A DNA stretch of 64,000 nucleotides from Isurus oxyrinchus (Eukaryota), in NCBI GenBank assembly GCA_026770705.1, contig JANJGN010000049.1:4030001-4094000 (forward strand), read 5' to 3'. A program made the translations under genes and the position numbers. The notes under the pieces were generated by a model. It was not told the DNA's origin and made no database searches. It saw nothing but the letters and a program-made list of their open reading frames with translations. Below, piece by piece: positions 12,775 through 24,659 of the stretch. Position 1 is the first letter of the stretch. Each line of letters opens with the position of its first letter.

Positions 12775-15700
12775 GGCAGTGTATGCATGTTGTCACGGAA
12801 GCAATCGCGCTAGCACTGCCACCTTTTGGCGAAAGATTGCCATTGCTGTTAATGTAAAATGCCTTCATCAGTTATTGTCTCTTATATTAACGCATCTAAA
12901 AACAAGCTATTCCCTTTGATTAAAAATATAATTTTAGGTCCTGTAATAGCCTTAATGTGCATTGATTATCCATTTATTTTGTGCTCATATTTAGATCGCA
13001 TTGTTCCACCGGCCATTCTGTTACCAAGGCAATGTCTATCTATCCTCAGAAATCATTTGAAAAGGTGATTAAATCGGAGCATGCATAATGTGTATCTACA
13101 CATTGTTCTTTGTGATAGATTGTTAGTTGATTATCAGGTATATCTCACGGGACCTTCTAATGATTTCGGCGTGTTGCAGTAAAAGTGAGAATCTCACTAT
13201 ACGTGACCTGAGATTAATGCAACAATAATTCTACTGACTTATAATTTCCTTCAGTCAGAAAGAAATCGAATTACATCCAACAACAATTTGCAACCATATA
13301 GCACCTTTAAAGTCGTAAATTTCTCCACGCTGACTCACCAGACCATTAACAGGCCAAGTTTGACACCTAGTCACGCAAGGAGACAGAAGGGCGGATGATG
13401 TAACTTTTAGTGAGGATAGTAAAGGAGCGGAGAGGGAGAAGGGGATTATGAGTGAATTCCATTGTTTAAGGCCAAGGCAGTTGGCAACAAGTGATAACAT
13501 TCACGGCTGCAAAAGATGTGAGAATTCGAGGATGGAAGGGTTCTCGGAGGAATGTGAGGCTGAAGGAGCTGATAGGGATGGCGGTGGTGGTAGGGAGGGC
13601 GGGGGGAGAGGCCATGGAGGGAGTTTAACAACTGTGATAATTTTATTTCTGGTGCATTACTTAACCGAGAGCGGCCGTGGATCAGGGAGAACAGGGTTGA
13701 TGGGCCAACGGGACTTGTGTGCATTAGAGTATGGGCAAGAGCATTTAGCTTGAGCTCCTATTTCTGGAAGGTGGGCTCTGGGAGGATTGTCAGGAAACCA
13801 TTGGAATATTCAGGTCTAGAGGTGACAAAGAGATGGAAGGGAGTTTTAGTCCACTGCCTATGTCATGTAGAACCAGAAACAGGGAATAATTAATTGGGTT
13901 TCTGCTCCCATCTCTGTCGGTGTCATATAGGACCAGTAACAAATAATCTTACCTAGGGTTTGTGCTCGCATGCCTGCCTGTGTCAAATAGGCCCAGCATT
14001 TGGAGATAATGCCCAGGGCTTGTGATTCAAGGTCTGTCTTTGTGACATGGGACCAGCCCCTGGGAATCATTCATATGGCTTGGCTTCAAGGGCAGGTCGT
14101 ATCAGATAATCCCTGCACCTATTAGCAATTCCAAGGTTTTGAACAACTAAACGGTCATATATCAGAAAATCCAGGATCTGGGGACAATTCCCAGCGCTAA
14201 TATTCTCTGGTGACTCTGTTGGGCCCAGGTGTTTGATACTAACCCCAGGATTTGTGCTCTCTGATGCTTCTAATATCTCCCAGTCTCTGGCACTCACATT
14301 CAGGATTTGTGCTCCCTGGAGCGTCGGATAGGCCCCAGGGTCTCGAAATCATTCCTTTGGTTTCTGTCACACGTGCCTCATGATCTGAGAATCTTTCCTA
14401 GGATTCATACCCTGGTACTTCAGAGAGGATACAGTCTCTGGGAATCAATCTCAAGTTATGAATTAATTCGAAATGAAAGTCAATATACCCAATTGAGATG
14501 AACCTGGACTGTTTGGGCATATTGTTGCTGGGCAGATCTGTGTATAAATAGGTTCCTTTGCTAACAGCTGGGTTCTTGTTGCCTTGCTATATTTGATCAG
14601 CGGGCAGGAAACTGATTGTTGAAGTTTCTGCACAGCAGCCACAGATGTTTCCTGTAAATTGAAATGTGAATATTCTCTCCTCCCTGCTGGTGGAATGCTG
14701 GATACCTGTCACTGCCTGTTGGGCAGAGATATGGGATGAATGCGTTGTTCAACAAACTGGGAATAAATTTATCAGCATATAAATCGTTAGGCAATGTTAA
14801 TCTAAATTGCATTTCTTATGAGATGATACTAAGGAAACTGCGTTTTGTGTATGGCAGGTGCAGAACAGACTAAATGCGACAACAACAATACAATGAGTTT
14901 GCGATTTTCATTATTTAAGGCCAATTTGATTCTGAAAATTGCGAAGTTCTTTTACAATCCTGTAGAAGTAAATGCCAGCTGAGCTGGTATCACACAGATA
15001 TAAAGAACACATTAACTACTATAATACCAAAGTTTGATTCCTTTAATAAGTTCCTACTTTACCCAATGGTCTGCAGAAGGCAGGGTTACAATCCCAGTCT
15101 GGAGACTGACTGGGAACTCAAATTATTCAGTGAAACTTTAGTATAATTGTAATGGTAGGCTTTATATTTTCATATGTAACCTGTTCTTCCATTTGGTCCA
15201 AGCACCTGAAAAACTGAGCACAACTGGTTTGATATCACCATAAATTCAATGATTCCTCTTCCATGGTGAAAATTAACAACAGCAAAAAAATCAAACTCGT
15301 AATGCCCCAAATCTCTGAATATAATTTATGGTTTAGTGGGGTCACCCAGATCGATATTGTTTTATCTGCATTGCTAAATATTTCCCCATGGTTTGTGGGA
15401 TGCATATGTCACATCAATTAGAAAAGTAGGCACCGTGATTTAATTCTAAAATAAATAAGGCACGGCTGGACAGTGCAGTCTCATTAGACAAACACTCCTT
15501 AGTGTAAATCTCAACTTATCCCATTTAGAATAGTTCAGTGTGAAATGAAAGAGCAATATTCACACTGGTGAACTGAAATCCAGTGGAACTTTGATTCAAG
15601 GGGAATTGTTTTAAAGCGAAGCTGCACATTTCACGAAGGATTATATCTGAAATTAAGTGATATTATTCCGAAATTGTCGATGTCCTGGGACAAATATAAT

Positions 15701-16321
15701 TGCTTTCTCTGGACAAATATCGGTAACATTTGTATCTTCTGTCCCACAGATAGGGACCAATGAAAATAAAGAAGACTTGGAGTTAAACAATGCAGTTCAC
15801 AACCACAGGACATCATAAAGTGCTTTATAGGCAATGCAGATGTATTTATTTATAAATATATAATCACCATTTTATTGCAAGGAAAGACGACCGTGAATTT
15901 ACACATAGCAACATTCAACAAAGTGCACTGTGATAAATCATCCGATAAGCTGATTTTGGGATCTTGGCTGAAGGAGAAATATTGGCCTTCATCTGCGAAA
16001 TAATTCCATGGGAGCGTTTACGATCATCTGAGAGGAACTGGACACAGAGCACATGCTTTTTTTTTTCTTGGCAATGTAAAGGTTCGCCCTGAATCAACTT
16101 AAAACTAGACCTGCTTTGGAGAGAGAGTATCTGATTCTAAAGGATAAATAGACAATCTAAAAAGATACATTTGTGGAACACGGAATATTAATGGTTAATA
16201 ATTCTTTATACAGCTGGCCCCAGACAGGAAAAGAGAGGAGGAGCCAGGCTGTTAACTTGGGGAGGAGAGTGACTCCCATTCTCCTGCTCTCTCTCTCTCT
16301 CTCTTATTTGACTCTTGCCGG

Positions 16322-16329
16322 TATAAATA
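16322..16329 (+). promoter_or_regulatory. TATA box of the IgH V promoter
   Basis: TATAAATA about 100 bp upstream of the leader ATG; no ATGCAAAT octamer seen nearby, consistent with elasmobranch IgH promoters. Confidence 0.7.
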
Positions 16330-16420
16330 GCAGGATGGTTCAGCGCCAGATTCACAAATCGCAGGTATTGCTACGACTGACAGTCACGCTCCCAAGTCAG
16401 TTATACCCAAAGACTGAAGG

Positions 16421-16466
16421 ATGGGATTTGCGCTGTGCCTTTGCTTCTTATTGGCTTGTTTCACCT
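16421..16466 (+). pseudogene. IgH leader exon (MGFALCLCFLLACFT)
   Basis: ATG, hydrophobic signal peptide, phase-1 donor T|GTGAGT. Confidence 0.9.
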
Positions 16467-16597
16467 GTGAGTATTCCTGACTGTAAAGTGATACAACAGA
16501 AGTCTGCTTCTTGTCTGACATTGCTTTGGTTTTTTTTTTTCCGTTCACTGATTTGATTCTTTTCTAATGTAATTACATTTTTTCCATTCGGTAACAG

Positions 16598-16890
16598 ATG
16601 TCCAATCCGCCATCGTGCTGACCCAGCCGGCTTCAGAGACCGCTAAGCCGGGACAATCTCGCAAACTGTCCTGTTCAGTGAGCGGGTTCAGTCTGGACAG
16701 CCACTGGGTTAAACAAGTTCCTGGGAAAGGGCTGGAGTGGCTCCCTGCTTACAGAAAAACCTGGATACCACGTATTACGCGCCAGGAGTCAAAGGTCGAA
16801 TAATCCCATCAAGAACTTCGTCCACAATTTACATTGAGATCAAAAATCTGAGACCCGAAGACACCGTGAGGTATTACTGTGCAAAAAACT
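16598..16890 (+). pseudogene. IGHV exon with frameshift in CDR2; IgW-like framework
   Basis: Acceptor aacag; [48 protein letters not shown], frame change in the A-run 16755-16759, then [42 protein letters not shown]. Confidence 0.95.
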
Positions 16891-16929
16891 CACAGCGACC
16901 TGAACAAGCCCAGAGCTCGTCCAGAAACT
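16891..16929 (+). promoter_or_regulatory. V 23-RSS (CACAGCG-23-CCAGAAACT)
   Basis: Heptamer directly after the V end, 23-bp spacer, nonamer 6/9 to consensus. Confidence 0.88.
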
Positions 16930-17285
16930 GCAGAAGAATAATTACAGTGAATCATAGGTCAGTACTAGCTCAAAATAGGTTAAGAGATGTGGTTGAACCT
17001 AGATTGAAAAGTTATGTTTTCCAAAGCAATAAAGTGGCGAAGAATAAAATCAAAATGTTGACTAACTCTGTATATTAAAGAGCATAGCTGCGGGTTAGAA
17101 TGTGCACAACTGACGACTAGGAGCCAAATGGAAATATTTTTAAAAATTATTATGTGAACGGGGATAATTTTAGCCCAAAGTTCTGCTCCTGAGTAAAATT
17201 CTTGGATGAATTGTAATCAAAATCTGCAAATCTTCTGCTGACTGAAAGGTTTTATTTCTTACAGCAACAATCAGTGAGTGAGAGC

Positions 17286-17364
17286 AGTATCTGTGCTGGC
17301 TCGTGTCACTGTGGTACTATGGGGATCACGGTGCTGTGTATAGTGAACTCCTCAAACAAATACT
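17286..17364 (+). other. IGHD1 (coding 17314-17326, GTACTATGGGGAT) with 5' 12-RSS and 3' 22-RSS
   Basis: AGTATCTGT-12-CACTGTG / CACGGTG-22-ACAAATACT. Confidence 0.9.
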
Positions 17365-17680
17365 CCAGAGAGGGACTTTGATCAAATCTGCAATCAGTAT
17401 CACAGCAGGAAAATCAAAGAAAATAAATATGACCAACAATAAGGGTTTAATGGAACACTGAATTACGAAAAAATGTATAAAAGTCTTCGTATTTACTAAT
17501 TTTGATTGTCTTGCTAAAAAGAGGCAAAGTTGTTAAAGGCGGATTTTGATCCGCTTTATACACATAATGACGAATATTAACTGAAATATCACAGTGATAT
17601 ATTCCTAGAGTATTCAGAATCAGGTTTTTCAGACCGCTGTGGATTTGAATCTCTGTATTTCACATTTAACAGTCCACCAC

Positions 17681-17747
17681 AATTTCTAACATGATGCCTC
17701 TCACAGTGATACTGAATGGCACAGCCGTTACTGTTAATGCAAAAACC
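17681..17747 (+). other. IGHD2 (coding 17709-17719, ATACTGAATGG) with 12/12 RSS
   Basis: AATTTCTAA (weak)-12-CACAGTG / CACAGCC-12-GCAAAAACC. Confidence 0.85.
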
Positions 17748-18068
17748 TCATCGGGGCTAATTGATTGCATTTCGGTCAATGCATTTTTTCTTGCAAACAG
17801 CTATACTAAACAAAGCCCTATCTGTGCCTGGAACTCCCCAACTGACAGGTTTCAAGAGGTGCTAAAGTGTTAATTATTAAATCATTGGTTGTTGATTTCA
17901 ATGCATGATAATCAGTTACTCTGTGAAATACAAATGAAAGAGTGTAATTTATTATTAAAAAATATTTCACAATTTTACTTTTTTGCTAAAGTCGAACATG
18001 ATTTTACTTTGCCTCTCGGTTCCTAACATTTAAATTAACATTGAATTTTTCCCCTTGTGTGCAGAACT

Positions 18069-18155
18069 GGTTATTGTGTGACCCAGATCAGCGAATGTAA
18101 CACTGTGGCTATCTTGACTACTGGGGACAAGGAAACATGGTGACGGTGACTGCAG
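18069..18155 (+). other. 23-RSS and IGHJ (coding 18108-18155, YLDYWGQGNMVTVTA)
   Basis: GGTTATTGT-23-CACTGTG; WGxG motif; donor G|GTAAG. Confidence 0.95.
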
Positions 18156-20079
18156 GTAAGAAACGTGCCTTCATTCTGTGCTGTTGGATTTGCTTCATTG
18201 TTTCATATTTCTGCTTATTTTAGTCATTAATGTTTTAACTGAAACTTTGTATTGTCGGATTCTGTGTTTACAATGTTTCATTTAATTATGCTGCAAAGGG
18301 ATTGAACAATTGTTCTGCTTCTTGGCAAAAAAAAGTATGGGAGTTTTAAGGACTTGTTTGAGTGATTTGCCTTTCATCTGCTGATGAGGCTTTATGCCGG
18401 CTTACTTAAATACGTGAGTTTTGTTAAACAATTTGGTGTTTCTACCATGTTTAATCTCGGTGACATCTGATTGCTGCAAGTTTTCTAATAGAGTGAAAAC
18501 ATTGTGTTTAAAAGTGTTGGAAATAAGATTGTAGACAGGAAACCGAGTGCTATCAAGGTCAAAAATGTCATTTTAAACTATGGGTTTTAAAATAAATGTT
18601 TGTCTTGTTTATTTGTGTTAACAGCGCTGAATAATATCAATATAATGTTGACGAACGTTCACATTAAATAAGTGAAATGCTACGATAAATAGGAACAACA
18701 GAGTTAACAAATTTCCTGCCTGGGTCAGGTTTAAATTAAAACAATTTGAAACATTAAAATGCAGTAATATCCCTCGATATTACTAAAATATACTGTGAAA
18801 ATCAACACCAATACATTAAACATGATCCATCGAAATACAATTCTTCTGCCGTTGTTTCATATTTCTGTTTATTTCAATAAATGACTTGTACAATGTAAGG
18901 CGATTTTGGTGCAAAGTATTGAGGTTGATTTGAAATGTTGCATCTGATTCTGCTGAAAGGACTAAGGTAATTAAGCAGTTGTTGGATTCACTCCCTCGGT
19001 GTTGTGATTTGGTGTTAAGTGCTGAGGAAAGTATGTGCCTGGGTAACGCTGAACAGTTAAAGCTCGTGGACCTGTTTGCTGATCCTACAACGTGTAATGT
19101 CGATCACATCTACCGTGTGTTGGTTATGAGCTTAAATCATTATGAAGGAGGGCTATAGTTATAAAGCAGGCAGGCTTTTTAATCAAGATTGATAGATATA
19201 TTGATGCATTTTTATTTCAGTGCTAACTGCAGATGCAACAATTAATATATTGTTTCTGATATTCTGATATTAATACTTGAGGTAATAATGCAATGTTAAA
19301 GTACATAACCAGCCAATATGAACTGTGATATGGAGTTAAATGAATATAACTCAAACGGTTATAACGCAGCAATATTTCCCAAGATTACAACAATAAAAAA
19401 ATAGTATTGTTAGACATTTAGCAAATAATCTGTGCTAACCACAACTATGCTGCAAACACAGCACAATTAATATCAGCCGGACAAATGCAGAGGTTCCAGC
19501 AATTTCCATTGTTTTTTTTAAATTATAATACACACTGATTGCACTGCAGTGTTTAGTTCAAACAGGGATTTTAAATTAATTGTTTCCTCCCTGGTTTACG
19601 TAGCTTGAAAGGTGCTTATTAATCATCAATATTAAATGCGTTTTGTAAAATGCAGCAAGCTAATTTAATATATCTGCCGGGTTGCTGAACCTTTGATGTG
19701 CAGCCAAACAGCGCTGTTCCTTCAATTTTTGTGTAGCCCATTATCACTAAGCTAATCGTAAACAGTTTGCAGTTAAGGAATTGCTCAATAATACTATTCA
19801 AATTCAGAGAAAGTTCAGAATGCTTAAGGCTGGAGATGGACAAACATTGCTATTGAAGCAGGTTGGCTTAATTATAAATGTAACTTCTGAATTGAAGAAC
19901 AACAACCAATCTTGCAAAGCTGTGGGATATACGGTGTGAATTAAATGGGAGCTACCTTTAATTCTCATTAAAATCGTTGTTCTTTTTCCTTGTTGAGTTT
20001 CAGTGTCTCAGGTGATGCAGAGGAATTGTTATCTCTCAGTTCTGCATTGATGATTGTGGATCTTAATTTCAATAAGCAG

Positions 20080-20303
20080 CATTATATATTTAAACAGAAA
20101 ATGCTGAAAAAAATACTCACTAGGACTGGCAGCATCTGTCCATGGAGAAGCAGAAATCTGAAGAAGAGTCATACGGATTCGAAATGTTAACTCTGTTTCT
20201 CTCCCCACTGATGCTTCCAGACGTGCTGAGTTTTGCCAGCATTTTCCGTTTTTATATCAGATTCCCAGCATCCGCAGCATTTTATTTTCATTATATATTT
20301 AAA
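20080..20303. mobile_element. Penelope-derived short insertion with inverted termini, flanked by a 15-bp direct repeat
   Basis: CATTATATATTTAAA at 20080-20094 and 20289-20303; inverted gaaaatgctg...cagcattttc arms; CTGAAGA..CGAAAT core. Confidence 0.8.
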
Positions 20304-21908
20304 ACTCATTTACGTGCATTGTGTGGATTACGGGAATGGTATATCGAAGCTTGGCTGTATTATTATCTAGGGGAGGCTCCGAAAATGGCGACAAGCTGCC
20401 AGGGCTACATTAATTATTAAAAATAAAACTGCTGTTGAAATTTGGGATGATATTTAAACTCCGGAGTCCTGCTTTAGTGAGCAGAGGATATTGCACTCCA
20501 TTTTTTATTACCGATTTGAGCACCCGGATAGTGTTTGAACAATTTTAAGCTACCCACTTATAAATTTATCATGTGAAATACACATTTAGAATAGAAGTGC
20601 TTTTATGTCGTGCCAACATAGCCACAAACATGAAAAGCTTACACAGGTGTAGGTATAGGAGCACATTCTTATAAATTTTTTGATCATCTTAATGTATTAA
20701 AAGTAACATAATATATTTGTCCGAATGTCTATCTAATTATTTGTTTAATTTAAGAAATGTCACCATAATTTAATTGGAGCCTATTATTAACAAGATACAG
20801 ATAAGAAGAAGAATGAAATTATTAACTGACTTGGCATAATAGGGTAAAATATCAATAATGTGAAAATCGAGTCTAAGTTCAATGCAAATTCATAACAAAA
20901 AAATCTCTCAAATGTGCTGCGCTGAGTCCAGGATTAAAGTTAAAACTCATGGTTGGAGCATTTAAAAAATTATTTTCAATTAAGTTGGAAAGCAGCATGT
21001 TTCTTACTGAGCTGCCTTCAGCTCCATTGGATATTGCTGTACAACTTAATTAATTTACTTCGTGTTTTGCCTCAGCAGTTTCAATGACATAATTCTGAAA
21101 TTATGTCAGTGAATGATCGGAGTTCAGTGTAAATATCACCCGATTTGTTAAATTCATGCTCTGTTACAATGTCCCTGTTATAGGCATAAATTACCATGAA
21201 CGTAAATTATTTTCATGTGCCAGTTCTCAGCCAAATTGACTCGAAGGCTGTTGTGAAAACTGCACACAGACAGGGAGAAATTGCGGCCCGTCAAAGGGAG
21301 TTTTTCCATTTAGAATCAGCTTAATTTCAAAGAAGTGATGTGGTCATACATCTACAAAAGTTTTAACTAATCAAACGGATTAATGGATGCTGGAGAAATC
21401 TAGCTTTAATAGAATGATTTTTGCATTGTTTATGTCTGTTCTGTTTCCATGTGCGAGAATCAGGAGCCTTCTGGCTGTTTGTGAACTTCCTGGTTCATTC
21501 TGCTGTATTTCAGGGAATTAATTTCGAACCATTTATTTAAGAAGTTTGTATATCTGAGAAAGGTGCAAGTCTGTTCTTAAGTTTGAGAAGGTGTCTCAGA
21601 AATGAGATCAGTATCCCAGTTTGTGGAATTCAGAAGGAATGCAAAGTGCAGAAAGATATTTTTCTTGTTCAGTGTTTGCTGTATCAGAGCCGGTGGTTTG
21701 TTGATGGTCCAGTCTAAGCACAAGTTTTATCTAAAAATGCGGAATAGAGGGCGTTTTAGAATGCATCCCACCATTAATATTCCTGAAATACAGCGCTTCA
21801 CAGGACTGTGCAAAGAGAGTTTTAGTATAATTCAGTTGTTCTGTATCTGACACGAGAGTGTTGGCACTGTCAATATTCAAGGAACTTTAACCAGTATCAA
21901 ACGCATTG

Positions 21909-22540
21909 GGCGTGAGTGCTCCGAATTAGGTATGTAAAATTAAATACCTCAATTCCTCCAATGAAGTAGCAGATCGTTAATTTAACGTACATTTCATTCT
22001 CCGCCGATGCTGCCAGACCTGCTGAGTTTTTCCAGGTAATTCTGTTTTTGTTCTGCCTCTATAATAGTTCGTCAAATGTCCTTAGGGCAGTTGTAATCAG
22101 GTTGTGCATTGAATTAAGCTAAATTCATATTTTTCCAGCTTTCATTCCCACCGTAGTTTGCATTAGACAAGGAGTAAGGTACCATACTGTCCACTTAAGT
22201 TGCACAATTTATTTCCAGATTCGATCATATCACAGAAGGTAACGTTACAGTCACTTCCTTTAACTGTCCTGAAATTAAACTTTAGATCAGATCAATCTGA
22301 TTCAAATATTATCTCTTACTGAAAATGTTTTATCATCTTCCCTTCATCAAAAACTTGGCTTTTTTTAGAATGAAATGTACGTTAAATTAATGATCTGCTA
22401 CTTCATTGGAGGAATTGAGGTATTTAATTTTACATACCTAATTCGGAGCACTCACGCCGATGCTGCCCGACCTGCTGAGTTTTTCCAGGTAATTCTGTTT
22501 TTGTTTTGGATTTCCAGCATCTGCAGTTTTCTTTGTTTTT
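21909..22540. repeat. 92-bp inverted duplication (21909-22000 / 22367-22458), each arm followed by a Penelope terminus fragment
   Basis: Arms are reverse complements with 1 mismatch; cgccgatgctgcc.gacctgctgagtttttccaggtaattctg follows both. Confidence 0.88.
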
Positions 22541-22709
22541 ATCTCTATTATTATTATAGAGGCAGTTTTACTGTTGTTCTAAGGGCTTTACTAGAGCTCT
22601 GAATTTGATGTGGAACTTCAATGTTCTTCTCTCTTGTATCTAATCAGTACAGTCTGTGAACTGTGAACATTTGATTGTGCAGTCTCGATGAAATGACTTT
22701 TTCTGAATA

Positions 22710-23444
22710 TGTATCTATTCATGTATCCATTTTTCCATCTATCCATGCAANNNNNNNNNNNNNNNNNNNNNNNNNNNNNNNNNNNNNNNNNNNNNNNNNN
22801 NNNNNNNNNNNNNNNNNNNNNNNNNNNNNNNNNNNNNNNNNNNNNNNNNNNNNNNNNNNNNNNNNNNNNNNNNNNNNNNNNNNNNNNNNNNNNNNNNNNN
22901 NNNNNNNNNNNNNNNNNNNNNNNNNNNNNNNNNNNNNNNNNNNNNNNNNNNNNNNNNNNNNNNNNNNNNNNNNNNNNNNNNNNNNNNNNNNNNNNNNNNN
23001 NNNNNNNNNNNNNNNNNNNNNNNNNNNNNNNNNNNNNNNNNNNNNNNNNNNNNNNNNNNNNNNNNNNNNNNNNNNNNNNNNNNNNNNNNNNNNNNNNNNN
23101 NNNNNNNNNNNNNNNNNNNNNNNNNNNNNNNNNNNNNNNNNNNNNNNNNNNNNNNNNNNNNNNNNNNNNNNNNNNNNNNNNNNNNNNNNCTTGTCTCTCT
23201 CTTTTTCTCTATCTCTATCGATCTATTTATCTATCTGTTTGTCTATTTATCTATCNNNNNNNNNNNNNNNNNNNNNNNNNNNNNNNNNNNNNNNNNNNNN
23301 NNNNNNNNNNNNNNNNNNNNNNNNNNNNNNNNNNNNNNNNNNNNNNNNNNNNNNNNNNNNNNNNNNNNNNNNNNNNNNNNNNNNNNNNNNNNNNNNNNNN
23401 NNNNNNNNNNNNNNNNNNNNNNNNNNNNNNNNNNNNNNNNNNNN
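22710..23444. repeat. (TCTA/TCCA)n microsatellite region with N runs (22751-23189, 23256-23444)
   Basis: tatctatc and ccatctatccat flank the N runs. Confidence 0.8.
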
Positions 23445-24217
23445 AATAATGGATTATTTGTAAACATCATTGAGCTTTGGCAACTTTGGAGAGTTAATTC
23501 AGAATTGTGATTGGCCAAAAGCCAACCGTCCATGATTTCAAATAGTCTCATTCAACAACTCTGGTTCATGCTTTATAAAAGTGCTAAAAGATTGTCTGTA
23601 AGTAATGAAACTAGTCGATCCACCCGTCGGAGTTACATAATCTTTAGAGCAAATGCTGCCAAGCATCATCCAAGTTTATCCTCTGAAAACGACAACATGT
23701 TGATCATGAAACCATAATAGATTAGTGTAAAAACCTCTCTGGCCCACTGATGTCCTTCATGGAAGATAATCGGCCATCCTGGCCCAGAGATAGGTAAATG
23801 TTGCTGTATTAAATTAGTCATTTGCTGGTGATAAAAGGTTGATAGTAAAATACCTTAAGCGAGAGCTCAATGAAAATATTATGGAAGGGTCTAAAGTGAA
23901 AGTGTTTGAGGAATGATTGATGTTTTCCTAAACAGAGGAGCAAGGGCTGGAGGAAGCCCAGGTTACAATATCTCTTATTTAACACGCAATTATGTGACTT
24001 CATGGGCAGTATTTCCCTTTTCCGACGTGTGCCTCATCTTGTGTACAAGACTGGCCATCATGGCGGCGTGTCCCGTCGGACATATCAACTCCTAAATGCA
24101 GTTTATGACTGGGATATTTTGGAAATTAATTATACCAATATTAAACTTCGAACAATTTGCTTATTTCATAATCAGGAATCATATTTTTAACTTGTTCAAT
24201 TGACTCTTCATTCGCAG

Positions 24218-24517
24218 CGACATCGTCTCCCCCCACCCTCTACGCTCTGCTCTTCTCCTGTGAACAAGCAAACACTGCCGGCTCCGTCACCTACGGCTGT
24301 TTGGTTGCGGACTACTCCCCCGAAATCACCAGCGTTTCCTGGAAGAAAGGTCAAGAGACGATCACAGCTGGATTGAAGACTTACCCATCAATGCTGAACT
24401 AGAAGGGAACCTACACCCTGAGCAGCCAGTTAACAATCACCGAATCAGAGGTGGGAAGCAGCACAATCTACTGCGAAGTTCGACGGAGCGGGTCGGTCTG
24501 GCTGAAGGAAATGCCAG
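24218..24517 (+). pseudogene. IGHM: Cmu1 exon with in-frame TAG at 24400-24402
   Basis: [17 protein letters not shown]...[20 protein letters not shown]...[37 protein letters not shown]; 300 nt with AG/GT. Confidence 0.95.
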
Positions 24518-24659
24518 GTTCGTGTTGTGGGATGCACATGGCGGCAGTGGTGGGGCTGGGTGAAGGGGGAACGTGGTCAGAAAATGAGTTATGTTCAAAT
24601 TCTGCACCACATGGTTTAGAATGGAGTTAGAGTTTTGTGTATAGTTCAGGTGCTCATAT

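Noticed and set aside
17590-17596. Extra CACAGTG heptamer (also CACAGCA at 17401) suggesting a third D
   Set aside because: No convincing nonamer at 12 or 22/23 bp and no partner heptamer
16598-18155. Germline-joined VD or VDJ gene
   Set aside because: All segments are separated by 350-430 bp and each keeps its RSS
22675-23551. ORFs of 100-260 aa
   Set aside because: Open only because they run through N runs
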